The notes under the pieces: generated by a model
Database searches by the model: none
What the model was told of the DNA's origin: nothing
The model's input: the letters and a program-made list of their open reading frames with translations, nothing else
In this document: one piece after another, positions 13,427-27,897 of the stretch
Layout of the letters: every line of letters begins with the position of its first letter
How positions within the stretch are numbered: position 1 is the first letter of the stretch
Position numbers and translations under genes: made by a program
Assembly (NCBI GenBank): GCA_951406725.2
Contig: OX597817.1
Coordinates: 108,810,001 to 108,874,000 of the forward strand
Reading direction: 5' to 3'
Source: Octopus vulgaris
Taxonomy: Eukaryota
Length of the DNA: 64,000 bases

Positions 13427-13955
13427 ATGGTGGCTGCCCTGTCGTTATCAAGTATGGCCATTGCACGAAGCTTAATCAATGTTGTTATCGTGCAATGCCT
13501 GTGCAAGAAGATTTTTTTTAAAGTGAGGAAAGGCTGTGCACTGAGTCAATCCCACTCACTAAGCAACAGCAGCCATAATCCGAAAAGAAGAACAATTCAA
13601 CATCATCGGTAACCTCTGAGCCGCAGGTTTTATGTCGGAGTTATCCCAGTTACCTGCGTTACCTTCTCCTAGAAGGATGCCTTAACAAAGGCTAGGAGTC
13701 ATTCACTCCCAATGGTTTGACTGCGCGATTGGGTATTCAGTCCGATTATTTCTGTCCCCGCGCATGATACAGCCTTAAGACATTTATTGGATGGTCATTG
13801 ACTTTCAAGAGTTCCTCCTCCCTTTCATCCCGCAGGGTGTCCAATAAACACCCTCCTCACCAAGCAAGCTTGGTGGGGTTGCCGGTTTAGTCGCCGAGAC
13901 CCGATCGTGCAACAGGTTGTACTGAGTTACATGTTACCAGTAGCACTCGAAAGTG
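13427..13955 (-). mobile_element. Non-autonomous element D (RTE 5'-UTR-like), copy 1
   Basis: Reverse complement of 33090-33763, lacking a ~100 bp segment. Carries GGCATCCTTCTAGGAGAAGGTAAC. Confidence 0.8.
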
Positions 13956-13967
13956 ACCTGACAAAAT

Positions 13968-14076
13968 ACACATACATACATGTATACATACATACATACG
14001 TACATACATACATACATACATACATACATACATACATACATACACACATACATACATACATACATACATACATACA

Positions 14077-14107
<31 letters not shown>

Positions 14108-14112
14108 CTGCA

Positions 14113-14148
<36 letters not shown>
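13968..14148. repeat. (CATA)n/(TA)n microsatellite
   Basis: Direct reading. Confidence 0.95.
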
Positions 14149-14369
14149 CATATACGAATTTATGAGTATGTGCATGTTCTCTTAGAAGGATAAAGTCATA
14201 TTCCTGAAATGTTTCGTAGCACTGTGTGGGTACTATATTTGTAATGTATATAAATGAGTATATCTATGTATTTACATAAATATGTATGTATGACCGCGCG
14301 CAAGTGCGTGCGTATATGCGTGGTGATAGTTTTCACGTAAATAGAATTATGTCAATATTCTTAAAATAG

Positions 14370-15760
14370 AAATATATATAACAAACTAGATGTACGCTTT
14401 CAAAGCCTTGTAATTCGTTACATGTCAAAAACTGTATCTAAATTCTTCGAACCTAACGTTTCTGATGTAGCAGACAAGAATAAAAATGCAGTATGCACAA
14501 AAATACGGAATAAAAGAAAACTTTTTGAACTTTAACTACGACAAGGGGTTCTCATAATAGCATTAATAGTAAAAAGATAATATACAATAAATTTAGCTAA
14601 AATCTAAAATATGTAGTTATTGCAAGAAACCGAATATTTTGCCCCAGTCATTACTAATTGAATCATTCCTTTTCTTGGACTTTACTAAAAAATAGACTTG
14701 TATTTGAAGCAGTTTATTTGATAACAATTCATTATCGTACTAAGGACTGTTTTACTGAAACGTACTGTTTCATGGAAACAGCGTAGTATTTGAGTGCAGT
14801 TCTAAGATTTTGCCTCGAGTCGAATGTGATTTAAACTGTATACTTTAAGCTAAAGACATCTCGTTATTAATTGAACATTTTCGCCACTTTAGCATTTACA
14901 CTACATATGGTGTACATTAGTCGATCCCTTTATGAACATCGCAAAATCCGGTAGTAAAATACTAGCCAACAATATCGTATTCTTAACCTGACACTCATAC
15001 GATTCGACCGATTGTAACTGCAAAATTGGAAAAACATTGTTAAATACTCAATAGTGCTGTTAAATAGTTATGGCTTAGTTTGAAATTGCTTACTTCAGCT
15101 TATTACATATGATCTATTTCTAAACAGAAAAGTTTGCAAAGAATGCGAATGCTTTTGAATCGACAAGATGAGAACTTGTTTTCTTGAAGTTAATCGTGAT
15201 TTAATCACTATTTTCAAGTCTAAGAGACAATGGTAATTATATAACTGTAGAGAAATCAATGAATTAATGGGCATTATTCCGCAACGAACGGCTTTTGTCA
15301 GACATTTGTTCGCAATTTATTTCTGCGAAATGTCTTCCAAAAACAATTATAACTGTTGTTATAAATTGCAGGAAGTGTGTAAATGTGGCTTTAATATGAG
15401 CTGACTTTTTTTTATCTGACCCCTATCAACATAATATAGGATTGAACCATCGTTACTTAGAAACACGGAGAGTATAATAAAAGGAAATTTAAAAAAATAT
15501 ATTGCGACTTTTCCATTAATGGCTATCTCTTTGAAATCATTGTTCGAGGGGAAGAGTAAAATAGATTGCATGGAAACTAATATACTACTGGTATTTTTCT
15601 CAGCTATTCCGGAATAAATATAAGTTGATGTAGACCTATATGTATATAATATACATACACGTTGAAGTCTAAGACTGTTTATATACACTGTTTATATGCG
15701 GTTTCAAAAGCAAAAATGCAATCTTTTTCAATACATTATGACGATATAGACAAAATAGTA
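14370..15760 (+). pseudogene. Decayed coding-like segment with a Schlafen AlbA_2-like motif
   Basis: 15438-15578 reads ESIIKGNLKKYIAT/FSINGYLFEIIVRGEE*NRLHG across one frameshift. The segment ends near a GTATGT donor. Confidence 0.3.
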
Positions 15761-16394
15761 TGTAAAAAAGATAAGAATATAAACGAAATCATAAATATTT
15801 TATTTACTTAGTATAATTTCTTTTTTGTGAGTTTGTCTGTCTTTAGGATATTGTTGAAATTGGTTTCCAAATTGATCAATATCTGCACTCTTTTGTTTTA
15901 CTCGTGTAATCTCCAGCTTTCTAACTGGCGCAAAACAATACATATTTATGAAGGGGCTTAACAGTTTCAGTTAACATCATTATATGACTGGTGTTTGTTT
16001 TCTCGAGACAAGATGAATGTAAAGCAAAGTAGGCTTTGATGTGATTTGAACACAGGGCATAAAGAAATGTTCTTAAATAAGGAAGACATTTAATCTGTCA
16101 CTTTAATGTAAGTACTGATTATTAAACTGTCATCCGTTTTTAGACGAAAAAGTTTTCACTTGCAGTGCCTTACAAAAGTGAATAACATTCTATTGCAAGG
16201 AAAAAAAAAACAACTTTCAAAAACAAAAACAAAAAATCTCTTTAAGATTGTTTAAGGATTGGATGCTGTTTGAATGATCAGCTCCACGCGAACGAAAATT
16301 AATCTATTAGGATACGCACACAAAATCTACGGCTCACTTTTCTAAAATCTTAATGCACGCAAATAAAAATAAATAAATAAATGCACCCTTTTAA

Positions 16395-16579
16395 AGCCAA
16401 GCCAGGCTCATGGGACGCCAGTCCATCGCAGCGTTACTCATTTTTGCCAGCTGAGTGGACTGGAGCAACGTGAAATGAAATATTTTGCTCAAGAACGCAA
16501 CGCGTCGTCCGGTCCAGGAATCGAAACACAATCTTATGATCATGATGCTGACACCCTATCCACTTAGCCACGCACCTCC
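16395..16579 (-). mobile_element. tRNA-derived SINE family E
   Basis: Minus strand GGAGGTGCGTGGCTAAGTGG...GTTTCGATTCCTGGACC (A and B boxes). Confidence 0.75.
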
Positions 16580-17409
16580 ACAATACACGCAAATTCCCAA
16601 ACAACAATAATTTTGTCATAAAGTGTTTTCCACTTAAATAGATAAAATATATTTCGTTGTTGGATGACCTAAATTAGCAATTGCAACGAGGCATCGATGA
16701 TATTAGCGAGAATAATCTATGTTGTTGCAGTCGCTCAATAGATCGTCAATTTCGAGTTGAAGTAGGAGAATCGCTTCAAATCGTATTGATTTGAGAATTG
16801 AAAAATCTGGGGAGAAAATGGCCGTTAGGACTGTGCTTCGGGCAAATTTGATATTTGTATTCCATTCAGGATATGCTTCCACATCAGTAATGCTGCTACA
16901 TTAGAACTCAGAGTAATCTATCGACAGTCAGGACTGCACCAAATTAGATTATTAGTTTTCAGTGTTATCTTACAAAACATATACTTTGTTTTTCTTTCCT
17001 TGACCAAATTATGTTTAAAACGGTTGCATCAATGTTTGCAGTGTGGAAAATAGTAACAGAGACGAGAATTCTAATATGACAGATGTCAAGGAGAAAGTTA
17101 AATATAATTCAAAGCTTATAACAGCACGTTATGTCAATGGTAAAAAAATAACAGTGTCGTCACCAATAACAACATTAATTATATTGCATATAATAATGTT
17201 GAAGATAATAGAAATAACATCAAAAATTAAAAGAAAGGCTTTCTTTTTAACAGATATTCATTAACATGAATAACTGTGTATCAAAAAATGGTTAAAATAA
17301 AGTACCATCATAAACAACGTATTCAGAATTAATAACAGCATCCCGGTTAAAATACATTGGTGATATTTCCATTGGAAGTGGCACACACACACACATACAT
17401 ACTCTTGTC

Positions 17410-17800
17410 CTTTTACTTATTTCAATCATTTGACCGCGGCCATGCTAAAGTACCGCCTTGAAGAGTTTTCGTCAAAGAAATCGACCCCAGGATATATAGT
17501 TTAATCTTAGTATTTATTCTATCGAATTTTTTTGCCAAACTGCTAAGTTACGGGGAGGTGAACACACCAACACTGGTTGTTAAGCGGTGATAGAGGAACA
17601 AACACAGACAAAAAGACACACACACACACACACACACATATGTATACATATATATACAACAGGCTTCTTTCAGTTTCCGTCAATCACTTCCCCTCATAAG
17701 ACTTTCGACGGCCTGTGGCCACAGTAGAAGACACTCGGCCAAGGTATCACGTAGTGAGACTTAACCCGGAACCATTTGGTTGGGAAGCAAGTTTCTTACC
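17410..17800 (-). mobile_element. SINE family B with internal microsatellite
   Basis: Diverged match to 35866-36280 and 46788-47172. Confidence 0.85.
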
Positions 17801-17961
17801 GAACAGTGAGAATGAGTGCTCAACAATGCATTGGTGGAAAAATATTCTTTATTTGTGGTGTAACAAGGCAATAAATGGTTTCATGTGAGAATCTTCACAC
17901 TTCTTCAAGCGTATCATTTAGAACTGTTAGTACTCTCCATTTTGAATAAGAATATACAAGG

Positions 17962-18009
<48 letters not shown>

Positions 18010-18072
18010 ACACATACACACACACATATATACTTATACATATTATAATTGTGTGTATGTGTGTGTAATATG

Positions 18073-18142
18073 AGTGTAGAAGGAGAAAATTATCCAGGTG
18101 GGTACCACGGTACCCACCTGGATAATTTACTCCTTCTACACT
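18073..18142. repeat. Palindrome with 34-bp arms, 1 mismatch and a 2-nt spacer
   Basis: AGTGTAGAAGGAGAAAATTATCCAGGTGGGTACC-AC-GGTACCCACCTGGATAATTTACTCCTTCTACACT. Confidence 0.92.
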
Positions 18143-18789
18143 TACAGATCACTACTCTCATAGATCTCTAGTATATTCAAGGTCACGGCTCACTGCATCC
18201 AGTAATACTAAGCGTCAGTTATCGCTAAGTATTAAGTTCCCACTGTAACTCTCCTGATGGGTAACCCCGGATTTGCTTCCCTCGATTATGAATATCTGGG
18301 GTGTAGATCTGAAGCAATTATAAAGAATACGGGGTCAGGTACATCGTCTGAATCTTTTCTTTTGATTTTATTGTTGTTCATATAGCATAATTATTTGGTT
18401 AGAATGACCGTCACGTGTTTCTGTTGCACAAAGTATGCCCAGTTGCATATGCAACCCAACATAACCTTCTGTGAACCTTCACTGAAGGTCCTTCAGTAAG
18501 CGTCGTTCAAAGCGAACTGAGTTTATTTACATGTGGCTTGCTTAAGTTACCGAATGAAGAGGGGATATACTGAAATCCGATATGGCTATGAAGCGTATAT
18601 CTAGAGTGGCCTAAACTTAACACCAGTGTAGAGAGGAAAGTAGGGGTTTAATCTATGTTGAACTATGTTAAATCGTATTTAGGTATTCTAACATGGTTTT
18701 CCCCAGGGTTAACGGAGATTGAAAAGACTTGGAGTTAAACATCAATATATATTTCATAGTTGTGCACCTTTTTAGTTGAGTTTTAGTGA

Positions 18790-19045
18790 ATTTGGCAGAC
18801 GAAACTGAAAGAAGTCGGTTGTACATTCATATAAGTGTGTGTGTGTATGTCCTTGTGATTGTTCCTCTTTACTACTAGATAACAGGTGGTAGTTTGTTCA
18901 TATCCTCATAATTTAGCAGTTTGATGAAAAGATATCGATAGAATAAGTACCACGCTTTAAAAAATAAGCATTGGGTGCAATTTTTTTGACTAAGTTTTTC
19001 AAGGCGGTTCTCCACCATTATCGCAGTCTAATTATAGAAGTAAAA
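18790..19045 (+). mobile_element. Degenerate SINE family B, 3' part
   Basis: GACGAAACTGAAAGAAG...CGATAGAATAAGTACC landmarks. Confidence 0.7.
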
Positions 19046-20699
19046 AATAACAAACGCACACACATAAATACTCACACATACATACATACATACATACATA
19101 CATACATACACACACGCGCTCACACAACCGCACACCTATATATGATGGCAAAGTTTTGCATAGAAGTATTTGATTTTATAGTACATAACAATAGCCCGAT
19201 CATACTGAAACTGAAGTGTATAATTAATATTAGCTAATTGGAGTTTAATTGTTTCAACTATTAAATTTGAAATGATAAAGAGAATGGGTTATAAATCATA
19301 TATGTATTACAGAAAACATCTTTTTAACGATAAACGATATTTTAACTAGTGCGCGTAACCAGGAGCTAGACTGCTATTTCGTCTTTTCATAAATCCGGCA
19401 CATCTAATATGCTTAGATTAGATAGATTAGATATAGAACCTCATAAATATATTACTGCGTTTAGATGCGGTAATGGTGTGGCGGAGATTATTTGTATCCT
19501 TTGTATCTATTAACACAAGATAATATTTGTTTATGGGCAAATTAGTGTTGTATAAATCGAGACCCACTGGACTCGATCAGCAGTATATCTTTGAGGGTAT
19601 ACTTGGAACCTAATAGCGCTTTATGTCTTTTATTTTTTTATGTAAATGTTGTTTATATGATAAATTAAACGCTATAAAAATGCAGGCTACTCTATTAATT
19701 ACTAATATTAACGAGTTCATTTATTTCTGGATCGGTATCTTTTTGCTGATGATAAAAGGAGCAATTTATATTTCTTGATAGTTTGCAAATTGCAAAATGG
19801 ATATTGTGAAATAATCATGTTTAGTTTCCGGAAAAGAAAACTTTATGACCGAGATATAATATTTGGAAGACTTACACTGAACATGTATCATTGTATTTTG
19901 TGCTCTATAAAATGTCATGCATGCTATTTTTACATTGCATAACACTATATTTTACATAAATGAAAGAAAAATGTCGATGTACTTGTTTCTTGTTATGGTT
20001 TGATCTAGCAATCTCAGCAAAATAATGTGCTGCTCAATAAGAAGTTTGTGGAGGGTGAACAAGTATTAACTGAACAAAAGGAAATATTTATGCGCTGTGC
20101 TAATATCGACAAACTCTTTGGTTATTCTAAAAGTACGAAAATCTATTCATCGACTAGGCAATTAGCATTTTGTTCAAACTAGCCTTTTCTAAATTATGAA
20201 TGAAATATTTTGATGCCAGATAATCTGCATCGATCTCGTATTACTTTGATGTTGAAGGAATTTTGAACTAAATGCACAGTATGACCTCATGTAAAACAAC
20301 CACTTTGATTATCACTTATTGCGATGTTGAAATTTTGATTTGAAATCTGTGCTTCTAGTGCAGTTGTATTTGTAGCGAGAACATATTAAACTAAACTGTA
20401 GAAATTAATGTATAAACTAGCTACTAGATATTAATCCTATACTAAAAGTTTTACTGCATTAAGGCCTTCGATGAATGTTATAGTAGGAAACATAAAGGGA
20501 CGGGAATATCGGAAATAAACTCATACCTCGGAATACTACCTACGTTAAGTATAAATATTCAATAAAATCGAAAGAAATATCTCTGAGAACTGTTTGGATT
20601 ATAACGACATATAATTAAAGAGGAGCATTTTCATATGAAAAAGTAAATGATATATAAAAGCATTAACCCAAAACTAATATCACTATAATACCGAGTTAA

Positions 20700-20885
20700 T
20701 AGATGCGAGCCGGAAGAGGTCTTGTAGCAGGCCCCGCACCAGATGGCTGGACGTGATTGGAGATCTCCAGAAGCATGACGTCACCTTCGAGGATTTAGAA
20801 GGGCTGGCACTGGACTGCCAGCGTTGGAGAGCACTACTGGACTTAGTCGGCCCAACGCATGATGACGCCTCTAGGACCACTAACT
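20700..20885 (+). mobile_element. RTE-type LINE 3' fragment
   Basis: RKRSCSRPRTRWLDVI...LALDCQRWRAL matches the RTE C-terminal GRPxxRW...AxDRxxWR pattern. Confidence 0.65.
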
Positions 20886-21731
20886 TAGAATGACCCAGGC
20901 CTCATCAAACAAGGGCATGAAGTCAGCCAGACAGGTTAGGTTGCTGAATATATTGCCTTACCGAACACAAATTAAAAACAGTTCTAGTTTTGGAAACATT
21001 ATCGATCACCGAATTTACTGCGAAATAGCATTTAAAGAGACTTACTAATAGCAATGGGTTTCTGACTTTCATGTGTTGTAACAGCCAGCGTTATTAGGGA
21101 TTCTCCCGAAATACTATCCCGCGGAAAATTCGCCGAATAAATTAAACACATACATTCTGTATGTGAGATCAGTAATGTTTACATTATTATTGTTGATTTT
21201 AATTTGTAATTTAACTTACTTCTACATGAACATCGCCGTGGCACATCAACTACAATTTATATTATTTCTTTTCGTCAGAAATCGGAGGAGTCAGCTCGTC
21301 CACGGTTCGATCTAAGTGCGTGGTGGTGTTGATAAGTCACAATAATGGCGAAATATCAGTATCCACCGTTCTTGGAACTGATCGAAGGCGAGTTGTGTAG
21401 CTTGGTCTCTGACTTTCTGATCTTTTAACACCCAAAGATATTAAGGAGTCTCCCGAAACGCTATTCCGCAACAAATACGACGAGTAACAAATTCAATACA
21501 TTGTGTATGTACCATCGATAATGTCTTTATTGCATTATGATTATAAATCCTATGGCAAATGAAGTTAACCCGACGTTTTATTGATTGATCCATTGATGAA
21601 TAGAATACCTCTCAAAAATGGTGTTTAATTTCAAGGGGAAACTATCTGAAATCAGAATTACTATCTGTAAAGAGTCAAGGAAATAGGTACCTTCAGAAAG
21701 ACTTTGAATTTCTCTTTCTTTTCACAATAAC

Positions 21732-22604
21732 TTCGAAGTGATATAAAAATCCCTCGGACTGTAGGGCGCCAACAAATAGCAGTTCAGAGTTATGTGTGCA
21801 GTAAGAGATAGCAGTAACCTTCGTGGGGCAGCGTGTCGAGCCACATTGCTGTGTTTACTTCGCAAGTTGTGAAATTTGTGTTCTTGTGATCGGGTGTATG
21901 CTGTAGTCTGCAATTTTGTCATGAACAGGAAGTTGGAACATAGACTCAACGTGGAATTTTGCGTTAAACTTGGTAAGTTTGCTACAGAGACATTGAGTAC
22001 GATCCTGAGACGAAGCAGCATTCGTCACAATGGAAGTACCTTTCACCTCCACGGCCGCAGCTCAATCAAGAGCATGTTCATAATTTCTTTTGACATCCAC
22101 GGTATTGTGCATCAAGAATTCGTCCCCCAGGGTCAAACCGTCAATCGAGAGTTCTACTGTGACATTTTAAAGTGTTTGAGGGAGAACATTCGGCGAAAGC
22201 GACAGGATCTGTGGAGCTCGAAGTATTGGATAATTCCCGATGACAATGCACCCCGACACTGAGCTCTCCTCACTCGTGAGTTTCTTGCTTAAAACAACAT
22301 AGTATCGCTTCCGCGCACGCCCTATTCGCCAGGTTTAGCACCTGTTGACTTTAATCTCTTCCCCAAGATGAAAACGCAGCTCAAAGGCTGCCGTTTTAAC
22401 TCAGTTGTCGAGATCCAAAACGAATCGCAGAAGGTCCTCGACTCATGGAAAATGACTTCTAGGCCGGATTCCAAAACTAGTAGGAATGCCGGGATCGGTG
22501 TATTGCTGGGCAAAGGTGGCTATTTCGAAGGCGATGATGTTAAAACTTAAAATTATATTTTATTTAGCATAAGTACTCCTGGAACTTTTTGATACCACCT
22601 CGTA
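21732..22604 (+). mobile_element. Mariner transposon, internally deleted; different lineage from the other two
   Basis: HRLNVEFCVKLGKFATETL, FDIHGIVHQEFVPQGQTVNREFY, DDNAPRH and PYSPGLAPVDF motifs. Right TIR GAACTTTTTGATACCACCTCGTA; degenerate left TIR at ~21732. Confidence 0.9.
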
Positions 22605-22943
22605 ATTTGAAACCATAATTATTATTTCCCAGCATTAATAAAAAAATTGTGACAGCAACAAAAATATTGTTACACTGGCTTTTATTATGGCTTAATAGTA
22701 GTAAATAATAATGCATAATGATTTTAGGAAAATAGACAATAAGAGTATTATATTTTCACAAAATCAGTTCCTAAAGTAAAAAGAAACAGAAAGGAACATT
22801 CAGTTAACATTTCTCCTATTCGTGAAAGTCTATCACGAAAATAGTCTGAGCAGGAAATATCGATTAGGTAAAAATATTTTCGGCAGAATCCGATCAAAAT
22901 TGCAGCCGTTAACATCAAAGAAATCACCTATAAAACACACTTC

Positions 22944-23065
22944 TATGTATGTATGTATGTATGTATGTATGTATGTATGTATGTATGTATGTATGTATGT
23001 ATGTATGTATGTATGTATGTATGCAAGCATGTATGCATGCTTGTATGTATGCAAATAGGTATGTA
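22944..23065. repeat. (TATG)n microsatellite
   Basis: Direct reading. Confidence 0.95.
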
Positions 23066-23578
23066 GACATAAAGGCATACGTATCTGCATGTATTCATGT
23101 ATTCATGCGTACGTGAATACGCCTTTACAAGTGTGTATGCCTAAGTAGGCCATTGCTTGTGGAACTGTATGTTTCGGTTTGTGCATATGAACATATAATA
23201 TTTGTATGATTATATACAAACCGCAAGCTGAATTTCTTGAATGTTTTATGTATTTACGCAGTTCAATGGATGTCTTTTAACTGTAATTGCTTATCAGGGA
23301 TACCCTTCCTGATTCTGCGATACCCAGTATTGCAGGAGCCGTGTATTATATAACAATTGTCCCAAGAATGCAACAGTAAAATTAAAATTATTTCTGAAAT
23401 TTTGTCATTGGTGATTTTCGTCATCAATTAGCTTTCAAAATTTTAAGGCCTCTGGAGAAATGATTTCTACCAATGTGCAGAAATCCTTAATCTCTCCCAG
23501 ATCATTATATCTAGTGTGCTGTACGTATATTTTACAGAGATTTTGACTACACTTCTAACAGTATCCTTTCGTATTATA

Positions 23579-24853
23579 TCAGGTCATCCCATAAGCTCTG
23601 ACCGAATGTTGAATAGAGAAAACAAATGATCAAATATTATATTTAATTGAAAGTTAATCATCAATGTACTTTCCCTCATTATCTATGGCTTCCTTCCATC
23701 TCTTTACAAGCTTTTTAATCCTATCAATGTAAAACTCTTTTGGTTTCAAAGCGAAGAACTCTGAAATGTCAGTTTTGACATGCTCCTGGTTTGCGAAAGT
23801 TATGTCCCCCAAATGATTCTGTAAACTACGAAACAAATGGTAGTCTGAAGGAGCAAGGTCGGGAGAATAGAGTGGATGAGGAATTTTTTCCCAACCAAGC
23901 TCTTCGATCTTCTGTGATGTGATCTTTGCAGTGTGGGGTCGCGCTTTGTCCTGATAAAACATCACTCCTTTTCGATTCACTAAAGCGGATCCTTTTTTCT
24001 CCAAAGCTTGGTTCAAACGCTCTAATTGCTGACAGTTGAGTTGAGCATTGATTGTTGCATTAGGTGGTAACATTTCAAAGTGAATTACTTCTTTGCAATC
24101 CCACCAGATAGAGAGAAGAACCTTTTCCCATGAAGTTCCCTTCATGGCTGGGGTTGAGCTGTTTCCATTTTACCAAGCCACTGTTTACGACGTATAATAT
24201 TTCGATAGAATATCCGTTTTTCATCACCAGTCACAAGTCTATCCAAAATGGGTGAAATAAGTTTGCAAGAATGGAGAGAAGAGCAGATGTCAACTTGGGA
24301 TTCGCAGTTGTTTTCGGACAATTCTTGAGGCACCCATTTTCCAAGTTTAGGAACCTTTCTAAGCTGTTGAAGATGACGATGAACAGTTGTATGGTGTGAA
24401 CTAAACTTTATTGTCAATTCTTCAACTGAAAATGCATGATTTTCTTCAAGTAATGCCTCAAGAAGCTTATCATCAAACTCAACTGGACGTCCCGTTCAAT
24501 CTTCATCTTCAAGGCTGAAATCTCTACTTCTGAATTTTGCAAAGCATCTTCTACAAGTTCTCTCATTCAAGCATCATTTCCCATATACTGAGTGTATGTT
24601 TCGAGTGGCTTCGGCTGCAGAGTTTCCTTTTTTGTACTCATAAAGCATTATGTGCCTCAAATGCTCTTTTGATACTTCCATGTTAGAAAGGGTTTTAATC
24701 AAAGAAAGACATTTTTATTCTATTATTGTGTAAAATAATATTTAATCAGTTTAAATGTACACAAATGCATAAACATAATTTTTAATTCCATTAGACATTC
24801 TAAAGTACTAAAAAAAAAAGGTAAAATCGGACAGAACTTATCGGATGACCTGA
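23579..24853 (-). mobile_element. Mariner (DD34D) transposon, full length, frameshifted transposase
   Basis: TIRs TCAGGTCATCC(C/G)ATAAG with TA flanks. Transposase 24681 to 23654: MEVSKEHLRHIMLYEY, WVPQEL, VTGDEK, QDKARPH, YSPDLAPSDYHLF. Confidence 0.97.
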
Positions 24854-26523
24854 TATTTTGAGCGACCGAGTATCATTTGTACCTTTCCCTTTGTATATCC
24901 CGTAGACAACTACATCACGCTCATGCGTTACTGTCCCATTGTTCCCGTATTTTGTCAATTCTCTCAATGAAAGACAAAAGCTTATAATCCAAAATGATTG
25001 CAAAATACTTTATTTTCTTTCGTATTTGGTGAAAATTAAACTTAAGATTACTCGAACGTGTTCTGTCATTAAGGACATGCATAAGAATTTGTACACAAAT
25101 TCTGTTTGTGACACGTCTTTTGTATGACCACCAGTGGAATTCGTCTTGTGAAACGCATTGTAAATAGTGTTAGCCACAAATTTTTGTTTCGCGGAATAAT
25201 ACGACTTCAAAGATTATTGAGCTACTGATGAAGATTTAGAGAATGTCTTCAACACTTATACGATGCAATCGACATCTTCTATTACACTGACGAGATGTGC
25301 GGCATCATCAGCTCTCATACTGATAATGAGTCTAGTAGCTGCCATTTGTCCTGGAATAGTACTGACACATACATGCATATATACATACATGGCTACCAGA
25401 ACACACGTACATACATGATGAAAATCAACTCGTTACCGAGTAAGGCCACTTCATAAACTCAGTATGTCCTGAAGACTTTCCGAGAGTCCAAGAAACTCCT
25501 GTGCATTAATTCATTTTGGGTGCCTAAAGTGTTGCATAACAGAGAACCACTACTCAGCGCGGTCAACTATAAAAACTGTGAAACAAAATAGCTTGAGCCG
25601 ACCAGAGACCGACTGCACGTCAGGCTTTTATATGAGTTTAAATTCTCATAAAAGGACGTTCTAACAAGAACTAAAGGTTTTTTCCAATGGTTTACATGAT
25701 AGTTAACCCATAGCTACCCCAAAGGGTACTTGTAGACCTGGCAACATTAGTGGCAAATAGGTGATTCCACATTCCTCAAAATCTTGAAATTCCAGTGACA
25801 GAGCTCCATTATCAAATGCCGTTTAAAATCACACCCAGAATATACATACATGCACACCTACATACATGCATACATGCATATATATATATACATAAATACA
25901 TGCAAACATGTATAGATACATGCATCTGTACGTGCAAAGTAGCCTTACCTTGGCTTGTGATAGATACGCTACGTACTAAATCAAGGTTACGCCTTTGCTA
26001 TTCAGAAAGCGGACATAACTACTAAAAAGCTGATAATTAAAAAAAGATAATTACATCTCTCTCTCGCGCGCGCTCTCCTCACCTCTCTCTTCTCTTTCTC
26101 CGCTCTCTCCCCCTCCCTCAGTCTCATATATATATATATGTATAGAAATTAAATATAAAATATAAATTACAAAGTGGGACAAGAACACAAAAACACACAA
26201 AGTGGGACAAGAACGCAAAAACACACAAAGAGACGACACAAAAAAACAGACGGGTCACTCGAAGCCTCTAATCTTCAGTCGGGAACCGGATCATCTTAGT
26301 AATTTCGGCTGTTTAATCTCGATATTACTCCGACCCGGCCAGCCCCAAGGAAAAACCAAGCCACAGGCATTGGATTTCTTGGAAAGAGGATCGAATGTAT
26401 ACGAAACAAAGACAGGATGCCACACGAATATAGATACAAGAAACAAAAATAGAAATAAAAAACAGAAATAAAAAATACGAATGGTGGACAGTACAAGGAC
26501 AGGGGCGTCTTACGACTTTAGAC

Positions 26524-26572
<49 letters not shown>

Positions 26573-26898
26573 AATATATATATATATATATGTATATGTA
26601 TATATATAAATGAAAAATGCATTAAATACTACAAAACGCACACGTAGGACAAACACAGAAAGACCCTAATTCTTCATCAGTTATCGACCAAAAATAGTAA
26701 TACTCAGTTTCGTGCCTTTAACTACAATACTGAAAACCCCGTATATCGGCGGCAGCCGCAAATTTTGCGTAGAATTATGGCTCAAGCAAACAAGACAATG
26801 CAGGGTAGATGTACGAAAGTAAACAAATGTAATTTGAAACGATAGACGAAAGCAGAATAAATATAGCCTTCTGGTCAAACACGAGAATGATGTAACGC

Positions 26899-27017
<119 letters not shown>

Positions 27018-27831
27018 TTTAAAGTGTATATATAATAATCGTAAGCTGAGAATTAATATATTAAGAATCTATTTATGCTGAATCTTCTCTTCATAAGTAA
27101 TTAAAGTAATAGTTTCTGTTAAGAGAAAATAAATTCACTTTCATGAATCCACACATGATTTATTTTTACTTAAACTTAATGATGAATATAGGGACAAAAT
27201 TAAGACTGTAAAACAATTAACTTCGTTTATAATATCAAACTCTATCAACTTGAGACTCGGGGAAAATTGAAACAATTAAGTGCCTGCTGCTTCTAACTAC
27301 AGAAAAGACATTAAATTACTACCTCAAATAAATATAGCTGATTTAAATGAACGTCACAAAATCCTGTTTAATGATAACCGTTCGCATTCACTTTTACTGT
27401 ATGCAAAGGGTTTTTACCAGAAAGCGTTAATGATGATCGTATTGAAATGATGGGAAAGTATATTAAGAAACCGAATAGCAATAATTATAGTCCTAGTGTT
27501 TATGGTATTAGTAATTAACTCAAGAGTTGCTTATTTCGAAGAAGGAAGAACATTAAAAATTATTATGAATACTTAATTAAACATAAAGAGCTATAAATAA
27601 TATTACAGAAGGTAGCGGTATTAGTATGATGATCATACGTCTTCCATATTAATGTAACTTGTAATTATCATCGTGTCGGTATTTAATTAGTAACCTTTTA
27701 TAATTTATAAGCTACACACACACACACGCACACATACATATATACATGTATGTAACGTGTGAGTATATATATGTATGTGTGTGTGTGTGCGTGCGTACAT
27801 ACATGTAATTATATATATTGTATATATATGT

Positions 27832-27897
<66 letters not shown>

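Noticed and set aside
26245-26290. Minus-strand CTGAAGA as a hammerhead (also CTGATGA at ~26674)
   Set aside because: No GAAA core at the required position.
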